Source of the DNA: a virus
Virus genome (UHGV): UHGV-0209617
DNA length: 64,000 nt
Strand: one strand, 5' to 3'
The notes under the pieces are model-generated. The model searched no databases and was not told the DNA's origin. It was given only the letters and a program-made list of their open reading frames with translations. The position numbers and the translations under genes are program-made. Position 1 is the first letter of the stretch. The number at the start of each line of letters is the position of its first letter. This document shows positions 46,329 to 55,617 of the stretch, piece after piece.

Positions 46329-46871
46329 ACTCCTTTGCTGAGTGGGTAGAGTATGCCGAAGGTTATGCTTACGGCATACTCGCACTTAAGCCAAGGGAGC
46401 TTGATGAAATAACGCCTGGAGAGTTTTATAAGATGCTGAAGGGCTACGAGGAACGGCAGGAAGTACACAATACTACCACAGCCTATTTCGTGACTAATCT
46501 TATGAACCTCTTTGGTAAATCACTTAAATCCAGTATGACAGTAGAGAAGCTCATGAAGCCGCTTCTCGGAACAAAGAAGAAATCCCCATCAGACAGGAAA
46601 GCTGATGAGGAATATCTACGGACATTATTCAACTTGGCGAAGAAGTAATATCTTCTTTTGGTGGTGCAGGTTGTACGGTGGTTTTACGGATACCTTCGAC
46701 AACCTGTTCTTTAGCATCCATAAGGGCTTCGTTTAACCCTTCGAGAATGGCTTCTGCAGGTGCAGATATTTTTTAACCCATAATTCTCGGCCTCCTTTAT
46801 GGTAAGCACTGCTGATATAGATATTATGCTTGGTTAATTGTAGTAAGTCAACAAATTATGGAGGGATTAGT

Positions 46872-49800
46872 GTGTCGGTAATTTCAAATTTAATGGTTAA
46901 GATCGGTGCAGATTCCTCCGGTCTTAAAAAAGGGCTGGCAGAAGCCGGCAATCAGATAAAAACATCATTCAATACGGCGCCCGTTGAAGCATTCAGCACC
47001 CAGGTGGATGCTTCAAGGAAAACTGTCGAGGGTCTTATCGGAAAGATGAAAGGCTTTGCCGTTCTTGCTGCCGGCGGTTTTGGTATGACTGCCATGATTA
47101 AGGGCATTGCTGAAGCAGGAGATAACTCCTATCGCCTCGCACAGCGTATGCACATAACTGCAGCAGAGGCAGGTGCCTTATCCAGAATCATGAGCATAAC
47201 GGGCGGTGATGTAAACTCCCTCTCCGGTGCCATGATGCGTCTAGATAAATCCTTTTCGTCTGCATCCACGGATGGAGAGCAGACAAGGGCAATCCTTGAT
47301 GCGGTTGGAGTAAGCCTTACCAATCAGAAGGGACAGCTTCTTCCGATAAACGAACAGCTGAAGAACTTGGCGGCTGGATATAAGAAAGCAACGGATGCTG
47401 GCTACGGTCAGGAGTTTATCATGAACACCCTGGGCGTAAAGGGTATGGCTCTTGTATCTACCCTGGAGCAGTACAATGAGGCTGCTGAAGCTGCAGGAAA
47501 GGTAAAGACTGTAGGCCTTGACCCGAAGGCTATGCATGAGCTTAATATGCAGCTGAAGATCATGCAGATGGAAAGCGGTCAGATACAGAATGCCCTTGTG
47601 ATGGGATTTGCACCCGTGGTGCAGGAGTTTCTGCCAGGAATTATGACAGGGCTTCAGACAACGGCCTTATTCCTTCGTGAAAATAAGACTGAGATTGCTG
47701 CCCTTACCAAGGCGGCAGTTGAGTTCTACCTTACCATGAAGGCAATAAGCCTTGTTACTACAGCTGGTGCCAATGTACTGAATTTCTGGAAATCCATAAG
47801 CATGGCTGCCAAGGAAAGTGCGGTCGTTCAGGAAGCAGTATCAGCAGAACTTACAGCAAAGCAGATATCCCAGATAAACAAGGTGGTGGCAAAGTCCAAT
47901 CAGGGCTATGCCAAGATGCAGGTTGATGCAATTAAGGCCGCCCAGAAGCAAGGGATGGCTTCTGAAGAAGCAAGGGCTAAGCTTGAAAAAGACCTGCTTG
48001 CAATTCAACTTGAGGCAGAAAAGACTGCAGCCTTCATAACAAGAAGCTTTACGGCACACTTTATGGAGGTAAATGCAGCGGCTAATGCCATGGCTGCGGG
48101 AACTGCTGAATCCATGACTGCTATGGGGGCGGCTGGGGTTAAGGCAACTACTGCCCAGACCATGGCAACAGCAGAGCTTACGGCAGCTCATGCAGCAGAA
48201 GGAGCTGCGGCATTAAGGGCTGGCGAGAGCAATGTGGCTGCCAGTGCTATGGCAACAAAGGCCACTGTATCACAGACTGTTGCAACAGGTGAGCTTACCG
48301 TTGCTACGGTAGCGTCTGGAAATGCTGCAGCCGTGGCAGGAGCAAAGACAGTTTCCTTTACAGCAGGGGCATTGAAGGGAATCAAGGCACTGCAGGCAGG
48401 AGTTCTTGCTCTGACTGGCGGCTGGCTTGGCCTTGCAGCTGCCATTGCCTATGCCGGATACTGCCTTTATGAGTATCAGAGCGAGAAGATCGCAGAGGAA
48501 AAAGCACATACCTATACTGTTGATGGCCAGCAGTATGAAGAAAAGAATGGCTATTTCTATACCAAGGACAGGGTGAATCCTGATTGGGAGCCAAGCCCTT
48601 ATGATGAGTTTGATGATACTGCCATCATCAAGGGCGGTGAGCTGGTAACAGACAATGACCTCAATGAAAAGCTACAGGCAGCATGGTGGGAACGCCATAA
48701 GGATGACCCGGATTATAAGGCACATCTTGAGCAGGAGGCTGCCGAGACAAAGATGCGTGAGGCAGACAGCAAGCTGGCCGAACTAATGCAGAACCTTAAT
48801 GTAGGAACAGAAAGCGGCTCTAAGGCTCCAGTAAAGGAGCCTGTTACTTATGAGGTGGCTGTGCCAGTAGGTGAGGATGTTGTTGCGGCCGCTATGTATC
48901 ATGTTGGAGAGTCCTGGGGTGAAAATACCTGCTCCATCTTTGCGTCCAAGATGCTGGAAGAGGCAGGTATAACAGGACTATCAGATCCAAACGGGGATAA
49001 TATGGCAGCAAAAGCAGGAGCAGCCTATCACGATGTGAATGATGGTTACCAGCCGAAAGCTGGTGATGTCATTGAGTGGGGCGGTCATGTCGGTATTTAT
49101 GATGGAAATGGCGGATATATTGCATCCAACACAAAGACAGGAGTTCATCATGGCTCCATGGATGAAGCTGAAAGCTGGTTCGGACCGGTGCAGGGTTATA
49201 TCAGCACAGCAGAGTACACTGGGAACAAGACGGTGCTCAAGAACATGGATAGTGAAGCCAAGGCTGTGGAAGATGCCACCGCCAAGCTGAATAAGGCTAA
49301 AGAGGATGCCAAGAAATTATTCTCATCCATGGAATCCGAGATTCAGCGTGAGACAGGCACAGAATACAGCTATGGCATGAACCAGATTGAAGCCAATATC
49401 CGCAAAAAGCAGGTGGAAATTAATCAGCTGAAGGAGTCTGGGGTAGATACCGGTATGCTTGAAAAGGAGCTTCAGGACTATGAGACAGTGCTTAAATCCA
49501 AGATTATAGATAACTGGGAAAAAGCAAACGAGGAAATAAAGGGTTCTACCGCTGTAACCCTGGCAGAGGTAAAGAAAAACTACATCCAGGCAGCAGACGA
49601 AGAGTACAAGGTTACTCTTCAGAAGCTTGCCAGGGAGAGGGAGGAAAAGGAAAAAGAGCTGCTTCGGGATAAGGAGGATGCAGAAAGCCGCCTTGCTATA
49701 GATGAGTGGTATGCAGCTGAATCCTTGAAAGCTATGGAAACAAGGAATAAGAACATACGGGCAAGCTACAGCAAACTGATTTCAGATCTGGAAGAGACTG

Positions 49801-50579
49801 GTGATATAGATGCCCTGCAGGATTTTCTAGGTTCTAATGATGCGCAGGATATGATGTATCTTGAAGGACAGCAGAATCTTGCCAGAGCCTATGTGGATAT
49901 TTGGAAGGAAGCCCATAAAACCACCGAGGATATGGTGGCTGACCTTGCTGTAAGCGTCAACAGCTCAATGGCTGACAGCCTTAAAAGCTTCATTACTGGC
50001 TCAAAGACTGCAATGGATGTGGTGCATGACCTTGGCAGAACCATCATGAACACAATAGCTGAAATCGTAGCCAAGAAAGCTGCCACCCAGATTGTTACCT
50101 CCATGTTTGGAGGATTCTTCAAGGATGGCGGTGAGCTGCCAGGATTTGCTTCGGGAGGCTCTATTGCCGGCGGATATATCAGCGGTGCGGGGACGGGTAA
50201 AAGCGACAGCATAGTTGCGTATCTTGAGAGAAGCGGTCAGTTCGTAAGGCTCTCTGATGGAGAGTTCGTCATGACTGCCGAGGCTACAAGGAAGAACCGC
50301 CCAATGCTTGAAGCCATGAACGCAGGTGCCTATGCTAATGGTGGCTTCATAACAGCTCCGGGAGTAAGACCAGCCTATGCCGGTTCATATTCTGTTGGAA
50401 GCAATCAGCCGGCTGGTGGTGTCATAGTAAACATTACAAATAACTCCGACAGCAGGGTTGAAGCAAGACAGGCAGGATTTGACTCGCAGGCCCAGCGTTA
50501 TATTTTGGATATTGTGATAGACGGAGCACAGAGAAATGTAAACGGTTTTGGAAATAATCTTAAAGCAGTGATGGGGTGA
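46872..50579 (+). CDS. Tape measure protein with embedded CHAP/NlpC-P60-like peptidoglycan hydrolase domain (GTG start)
   Basis: 1236 aa, Ala/Gln-rich coiled-coil-like segments; ENTCSIFASKML...GDVIEWGGHVGIYDG Cys/His hydrolase-like block. Confidence 0.8.
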   Translation: MSVISNLMVKIGADSSGLKKGLAEAGNQIKTSFNTAPVEAFSTQVDASRKTVEGLIGKMKGFAVLAAGGFGMTAMIKGIAEAGDNSYRLAQRMHITAAEAGALSRIMSITGGDVNSLSGAMMRLDKSFSSASTDGEQTRAILDAVGVSLTNQKGQLLPINEQLKNLAAGYKKATDAGYGQEFIMNTLGVKGMALVSTLEQYNEAAEAAGKVKTVGLDPKAMHELNMQLKIMQMESGQIQNALVMGFAPVVQEFLPGIMTGLQTTALFLRENKTEIAALTKAAVEFYLTMKAISLVTTAGANVLNFWKSISMAAKESAVVQEAVSAELTAKQISQINKVVAKSNQGYAKMQVDAIKAAQKQGMASEEARAKLEKDLLAIQLEAEKTAAFITRSFTAHFMEVNAAANAMAAGTAESMTAMGAAGVKATTAQTMATAELTAAHAAEGAAALRAGESNVAASAMATKATVSQTVATGELTVATVASGNAAAVAGAKTVSFTAGALKGIKALQAGVLALTGGWLGLAAAIAYAGYCLYEYQSEKIAEEKAHTYTVDGQQYEEKNGYFYTKDRVNPDWEPSPYDEFDDTAIIKGGELVTDNDLNEKLQAAWWERHKDDPDYKAHLEQEAAETKMREADSKLAELMQNLNVGTESGSKAPVKEPVTYEVAVPVGEDVVAAAMYHVGESWGENTCSIFASKMLEEAGITGLSDPNGDNMAAKAGAAYHDVNDGYQPKAGDVIEWGGHVGIYDGNGGYIASNTKTGVHHGSMDEAESWFGPVQGYISTAEYTGNKTVLKNMDSEAKAVEDATAKLNKAKEDAKKLFSSMESEIQRETGTEYSYGMNQIEANIRKKQVEINQLKESGVDTGMLEKELQDYETVLKSKIIDNWEKANEEIKGSTAVTLAEVKKNYIQAADEEYKVTLQKLAREREEKEKELLRDKEDAESRLAIDEWYAAESLKAMETRNKNIRASYSKLISDLEETGDIDALQDFLGSNDAQDMMYLEGQQNLARAYVDIWKEAHKTTEDMVADLAVSVNSSMADSLKSFITGSKTAMDVVHDLGRTIMNTIAEIVAKKAATQIVTSMFGGFFKDGGELPGFASGGSIAGGYISGAGTGKSDSIVAYLERSGQFVRLSDGEFVMTAEATRKNRPMLEAMNAGAYANGGFITAPGVRPAYAGSYSVGSNQPAGGVIVNITNNSDSRVEARQAGFDSQAQRYILDIVIDGAQRNVNGFGNNLKAVMG

Positions 50580-50583
50580 TTGT

Positions 50584-50943
50584 ATGCTTGTTTTTCCGGA
50601 TATTGAACCTAATATATCCTCTGCCAATGGCTGCGGAGACAGCTATAAGATGTCTATAAAAGACAGTACCGTTTCAACGGTGACAGATGGAAACTATAAA
50701 ATGACCAGACCACGCACGACCAGGATGCTGGCTGCGTGGTCTTTTTCCTGGGTGGCCTTATCTGAGGATGAGTTCAGGAAAATAGAGGACTTCTTCCGAA
50801 AGGTGGGTACCTTCCAGAAGTTCCTCTTTAATAATCCCATGGATGGCAAGGAATACACTGTGAGATTTTCCGAGCCACTTACAGATTGGCAGTATGTTCA
50901 TCCCTATGGCTGGCAGGGAAAGCTCAGTTTTGAGGAGGTGTAA
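50584..50943 (+). CDS. Minor tail protein (lambda gpM-like position)
   Basis: Position and size after the tape measure gene. Confidence 0.5.
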   Translation: MLVFPDIEPNISSANGCGDSYKMSIKDSTVSTVTDGNYKMTRPRTTRMLAAWSFSWVALSEDEFRKIEDFFRKVGTFQKFLFNNPMDGKEYTVRFSEPLTDWQYVHPYGWQGKLSFEEV

Positions 50944-50946
50944 GCC

Positions 50947-51531
50947 ATGCAGGTATGGTCACAGGCGGCAACCCTTGAAAAGAACAGCCTATCTTCGGAT
51001 ACACCGTTTCTTCTTCTGGTTGAGGTCATATCCAAGGAGATGTCAGAGCCGATATATCTGGTCAGAAATACAGAGAATATCGTATGGCGTGGAAAGGAAT
51101 GGACGGCCTTTCCCATAGAGGTGGAATCATCCTCCGAGGATGGAAAGACAATACCGTACATAAACATCAAGGTCAGCAACTGCGGAGGCATGATAGGTGC
51201 CTACCTTCAAAGGTATAACGGCCTTGTGGATTCCGAGATAAGGATTTATGTGGTACTTGCTAGCAATCTGCGATCTGAGTCAGCTGAGTTTGAGCTGGAC
51301 TTTCTTATAACCGAGGCAAAGTACACCGAGGACTGGATAACCTTTGTCCTGGGGGCAAGTGCAGAGCTGGTATCAAGATTTCCCACATTCCGCTATAACA
51401 AGAATTTCTGTCCTTTTATCTGCGGAGATGTGCGGTGCGGCTATGTGGGAAATGAAAGCTGTGTTAATACCCTGGATTCATGTAAGATTCCAGGAAGATT
51501 TGGCGGGGAGCCAGGGATGGTGAGTGCATGA
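50947..51531 (+). CDS. Minor tail protein L-like, with C-terminal cysteine cluster
   Basis: C-terminal FCPFICGDVRCGYVGNESC...C cluster, as in gpL-type tail tip proteins. Confidence 0.6.
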   Translation: MQVWSQAATLEKNSLSSDTPFLLLVEVISKEMSEPIYLVRNTENIVWRGKEWTAFPIEVESSSEDGKTIPYINIKVSNCGGMIGAYLQRYNGLVDSEIRIYVVLASNLRSESAEFELDFLITEAKYTEDWITFVLGASAELVSRFPTFRYNKNFCPFICGDVRCGYVGNESCVNTLDSCKIPGRFGGEPGMVSA

Positions 51532-51911
51532 TGTACAGTGATTTGATTGGTGTGCCATTTGAAGATGGCGGCAGGAACAAAAATGGTATGGACTGCTGGG
51601 GTCTTGTGATGGAGTGCTTTTTCCGTAAGGGAATAGTTCTGCCGGAATATGGTATATCTGCAGAGGAGCTTCTAAGAATTTCAGACAAAATGGCATCTGA
51701 AGAATCCAAATGGGAAAAGCTCACTGAACCGACAGACGGATGCCTTGTGCTTATCCGCACTGCTGAAGGTGCATGGGCAAACCATGTGGGAATCTATATC
51801 GGGGATGGCAGGTTCATCCATGCATATCCCGCAGCAGGGGTATGCATTTCTAAAATCTCTCGCTGGAAGAGTCACATTGTAGGTTTTTATTATCCGAAGG
51901 AGGGCGGCTGA
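51528..51911 (+). CDS. NlpC/P60-family tail-associated peptidase (gpK-like)
   Basis: DCWGLVMECF...H...GDGRFIHA Cys/His pattern. Confidence 0.7.
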   Translation: MMYSDLIGVPFEDGGRNKNGMDCWGLVMECFFRKGIVLPEYGISAEELLRISDKMASEESKWEKLTEPTDGCLVLIRTAEGAWANHVGIYIGDGRFIHAYPAAGVCISKISRWKSHIVGFYYPKEGG

Positions 51912-54900
51912 TGGTAAAGGTCATAATAATTGAAAATCCATTCGAGCCGCATATCCATGATGCATATGAGGTTCTATATACCGGTAAATCCTTGGAAAGC
52001 TACACATCCCTTGAAAGCAGGGATGTGTTCATCAACGGTCATAAGGCTGAAGATATAGCTATTCCAGCAGACGAGGACTGTATCATTTCCATTCCACACA
52101 TAGCAGGAGGCGGTGTAGGAAAGATTCTAGGCTTTGTGGCTATGGTAGCACTTACTGTGGTTACAGGTGGTATTGCTGCTAATGGTCTTACTGGCTTTCT
52201 TGGGCTTACCGTAAAGGGAGCGACCCTTGCCAGCTGTCTTATCTCAGGCGCTGTGATGTATCTGGGCGGCAGGCTCATAAATGCAGTGTTTCCGCAGGGG
52301 GCAGCTACCCAAAGTATTGGAGGATACAGCGAAGGACAGAAGACTCAGACCTATGGCTGGGATCTTCCGACAGTAGCAACAAGAGAAGGCGGCATCATAG
52401 GAGAAACCTATGGCACCTGCATTCCACAGCCCCAGCTCTTGGAGGAGCACGTTGAAACAATCGGTGGAAAGCAGTACCTTAATCTTCTATATTGCGGCGG
52501 TTATGGTGAAGTGGACAACATAACGGATATGCGGATTGATTCTACTCCCATTGACTGCTTTTCAAATGTACAGATAGAAAAGAGGTTTGGCACCAATGAC
52601 CAGAAGCCAATCTCCTTCTTTGACGATACTCCGACCGACCAGGGCGTGAGCCTTCTATTAGACCTCAATAAGCCAATCATCCGTACCACGGATTCCATCA
52701 AGGCATCAGCTCTTGAGGTAACTTTGGAGTGGCCTAATGGACTATACCATCTGAACAATGATGGCAACTATGAAAGTGCCAGCATCGTATGCAGGATAGA
52801 TTACAGGCTTCGCGGGGATGAAGCATGGATTTACCATAATTCCTATACGGTCAGCAACTCATCAGCGGATGCCTTCAGGCGTTCCTTCAAGTGGAAGGTA
52901 TCAAAGGCAGGGCAGTATGATGTAAAGCTGGTGCTTACAACAAAGCCATCTGGCTCAAGGTATATGACCTACACCAGCTGGTCTATCCTGACCTCATATA
53001 ATTCTGGCATTTACAGCAGGCCCAATAAGGTGCTTATTGGCCTTCGCATCCTGGCAACGAATCAGCTGTCGGGCGGAGTTCCTAACCTTACCTGGAAACA
53101 GACACGAAGCAGGGTGTATGTCTATAATCCGCATCTTAAATGCTATGAGATTAAGCCTGCCGACAATCCAATCTGGGCGGCATATGATATCCTTCATGGC
53201 TGCAGGTATCTGAAGAATATCAACACAGGAAGCTTTGAGTATGTGGTGGACGGATGTGCTCATGAGAGACTTGATGCCTATTACGATGAGTGGCTAAGTG
53301 CAGCAGCTTATGCTGATGAAGAAATAGTAAACCATGATGGCGAAAAGGAAAGACGCTTCAAGTTTGATGCGTTCTATGATACCGCCCAGAAACGCTATGA
53401 TGCAGCAGTCAAGGCTGCGGCAGTAGGACACAGTAACATAATAATCCATGGCTGTAACTACGGCATCACAGTGGATAGGCCGGGTATCATAACCCAGGTG
53501 TTCAGCGAAGGGAGAACCACAAAATCCTCTGTGATAGGCTCATTCTTAAGCAGGAGCGAAAGAGCCAGGTCTGTAGAGATTACCTATAATGATGAAAACA
53601 ATGACTACAAGAATACTCAGTTCACCCTGAGAAGTGCCTTGTATGACAGGGATATGGAGCAGGATAATACCGCTCAGCTTACTCTCTTTGGTGTGAGCCG
53701 AAGAAGCCAGGCATACCGTGAGGGTATCATGGCCCTGGCTGCATCAGAAAGACAGCTACAGACAATCGAGCTATCTACGGACATAAATGGCATTACGGCA
53801 GAATACGGGGATATCGTTGGTTACTCACACAGTATCAGCAGAATTGGCATCGCATCCGGCAGGATCGTAAGTGCCACTAAAAACACAGTGAAGCTGGATA
53901 AGAGCGTAACCATGGATGAGGGCAGAACCTATGAAATCTATCTTCAGACACGGAAGGATGAGCTTATACATAGGCTGGTCAAGACCGAGGAGGGCACAAC
54001 TGACCTTCTTACTGTGATGCTGCCGTTTGACACTGCTGTATCTGAATACGACTGCTATTCCTTTGGTGAGGCTGAAAGGGCAGTAAAGCCTTTCCGCATT
54101 GTGGGAGCAGAGCGTGACGGAGATTTTCTGGTGAAGCTGAAGCTCATAGAATATGACGAGGCAGTCTATGCTACCGAAATGGACTATAGTAAATATCCAA
54201 GGATTGACTACACATCATCCGATAGCTTTACCACAGATAACATAACCCTTACGGAAGATACCTATGTGCAAAAAGACGGTACTGTGGTATCTGCTATAGA
54301 TATCGAGTGGGAAAGCCAGTCGGTGTATCAGTCCTCCTTGGATGGCTACAGCGTTGAGATAACGGATATGGAGACTGATACCACAGAGGAGTTCATCGTA
54401 AGCGGTCTGTCTTACAGATACTCTGGGGTAAAGGCAGGAAATACCTATAAGGTAAGGGTGCGGCCTGTGGTTCATGGCAACCGCATCAACGGAAGGTCAG
54501 CATCCATAACCATCACGGGAAAGGTTACGCCACCAGGGGATGTGGCTTATATGTCACTTGTAGAGGTGGATGGCAAAATCCTCGTAACAATCCAGCAGGT
54601 GGCAGAGCCGGATATTGACCACTATGAGCTTAGGCTTGGCAGCAGCTGGGATAATTCCTTTAAGGTATGTGATTTTTCAGGAAGTCCTGTAACTGTCCAG
54701 CCAAGTATGAACGGCACCTGCACATACTTTGTAAAGGCAGTGGATACCTCTGGTAATAAGTCGGAAAATGCCTGCAGGCAGATCATAAACATCAGCAGCA
54801 TCACGGCAAACAATGTAATCCTTGAAAGAAACTTTGATATTCATGACTTTGCTGACTGGGACAATTTTTATGAGCATAGGGGAGCTTTGCTGATGGCAAG

Positions 54901-55603
54901 CAGAGAAAGAATCACTGACTTTGAGTATTTCTGGGAAATCTTCGACCAGCTTACCTATCTTGATGGTTCGGTGTATCTTCCGCTTATTGATTTAGGGGAA
55001 AACATCATAGATACTGACTGCTACTACATAGACAGCAAGGGAATCATCCATCAGCAGAATCTACGGCGCATAAGGGATTTTAAGTATTTTTCCGAGCTAT
55101 TCGAGAAGGATGACCGCCTTGCGGCTCCCGTATCCCTGGACAGTACATTCTTAAGGATTGCCATTGATGGTGATAACAGCAGTGATGTACTGAAGGCAGT
55201 GGAGTATCGGACAAGCATTGATGGATATACCTTCAGCAATTGGATAGCCGCATCCCAGACAGCCTTCAAGGGAAGGTTCGTGCAGATAAGGATTAATCTC
55301 AGCAGCATATCCGGTCATACCCAAGGATACATTAAATCAGTATGTGTCAGCATAGATGTGCCAGATACGGAGGTAATCCTTGAAAATGTACTCCTTAATG
55401 CGGGAGATAACTACATTCGGTATAATCACCGCTTCATGGAAAAGCCATCCTCGGTTGCCGTTTTTACGGCAGATGATAACGGCATGGCTGCAACATGGCA
55501 GATTACGGATTATGACAGGGATGGAGTACACCTTACCATATTCAATGCAAAAGGTGAAAGCTGTAGTGGTAAATTAATAAGAGCCATGGTTCGTGGCTAC
55601 TAA
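51911..55603 (+). CDS. Host-specificity (gpJ-like) tail tip protein
   Basis: 1230 aa immediately after the gpK-like gene. Confidence 0.7.
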   Translation: MVKVIIIENPFEPHIHDAYEVLYTGKSLESYTSLESRDVFINGHKAEDIAIPADEDCIISIPHIAGGGVGKILGFVAMVALTVVTGGIAANGLTGFLGLTVKGATLASCLISGAVMYLGGRLINAVFPQGAATQSIGGYSEGQKTQTYGWDLPTVATREGGIIGETYGTCIPQPQLLEEHVETIGGKQYLNLLYCGGYGEVDNITDMRIDSTPIDCFSNVQIEKRFGTNDQKPISFFDDTPTDQGVSLLLDLNKPIIRTTDSIKASALEVTLEWPNGLYHLNNDGNYESASIVCRIDYRLRGDEAWIYHNSYTVSNSSADAFRRSFKWKVSKAGQYDVKLVLTTKPSGSRYMTYTSWSILTSYNSGIYSRPNKVLIGLRILATNQLSGGVPNLTWKQTRSRVYVYNPHLKCYEIKPADNPIWAAYDILHGCRYLKNINTGSFEYVVDGCAHERLDAYYDEWLSAAAYADEEIVNHDGEKERRFKFDAFYDTAQKRYDAAVKAAAVGHSNIIIHGCNYGITVDRPGIITQVFSEGRTTKSSVIGSFLSRSERARSVEITYNDENNDYKNTQFTLRSALYDRDMEQDNTAQLTLFGVSRRSQAYREGIMALAASERQLQTIELSTDINGITAEYGDIVGYSHSISRIGIASGRIVSATKNTVKLDKSVTMDEGRTYEIYLQTRKDELIHRLVKTEEGTTDLLTVMLPFDTAVSEYDCYSFGEAERAVKPFRIVGAERDGDFLVKLKLIEYDEAVYATEMDYSKYPRIDYTSSDSFTTDNITLTEDTYVQKDGTVVSAIDIEWESQSVYQSSLDGYSVEITDMETDTTEEFIVSGLSYRYSGVKAGNTYKVRVRPVVHGNRINGRSASITITGKVTPPGDVAYMSLVEVDGKILVTIQQVAEPDIDHYELRLGSSWDNSFKVCDFSGSPVTVQPSMNGTCTYFVKAVDTSGNKSENACRQIINISSITANNVILERNFDIHDFADWDNFYEHRGALLMASRERITDFEYFWEIFDQLTYLDGSVYLPLIDLGENIIDTDCYYIDSKGIIHQQNLRRIRDFKYFSELFEKDDRLAAPVSLDSTFLRIAIDGDNSSDVLKAVEYRTSIDGYTFSNWIAASQTAFKGRFVQIRINLSSISGHTQGYIKSVCVSIDVPDTEVILENVLLNAGDNYIRYNHRFMEKPSSVAVFTADDNGMAATWQITDYDRDGVHLTIFNAKGESCSGKLIRAMVRGY

Positions 55604-55617
55604 GGAGGTAGAGATGA

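Noticed and set aside
47129-48594. Multiple overlapping minus-strand and alternative-frame ORFs inside the tape measure gene
   Set aside because: Ala/Cys-rich translations typical of out-of-frame reads of a GC-rich repetitive coding region; the plus-strand tape measure ORF is continuous and in the expected module position
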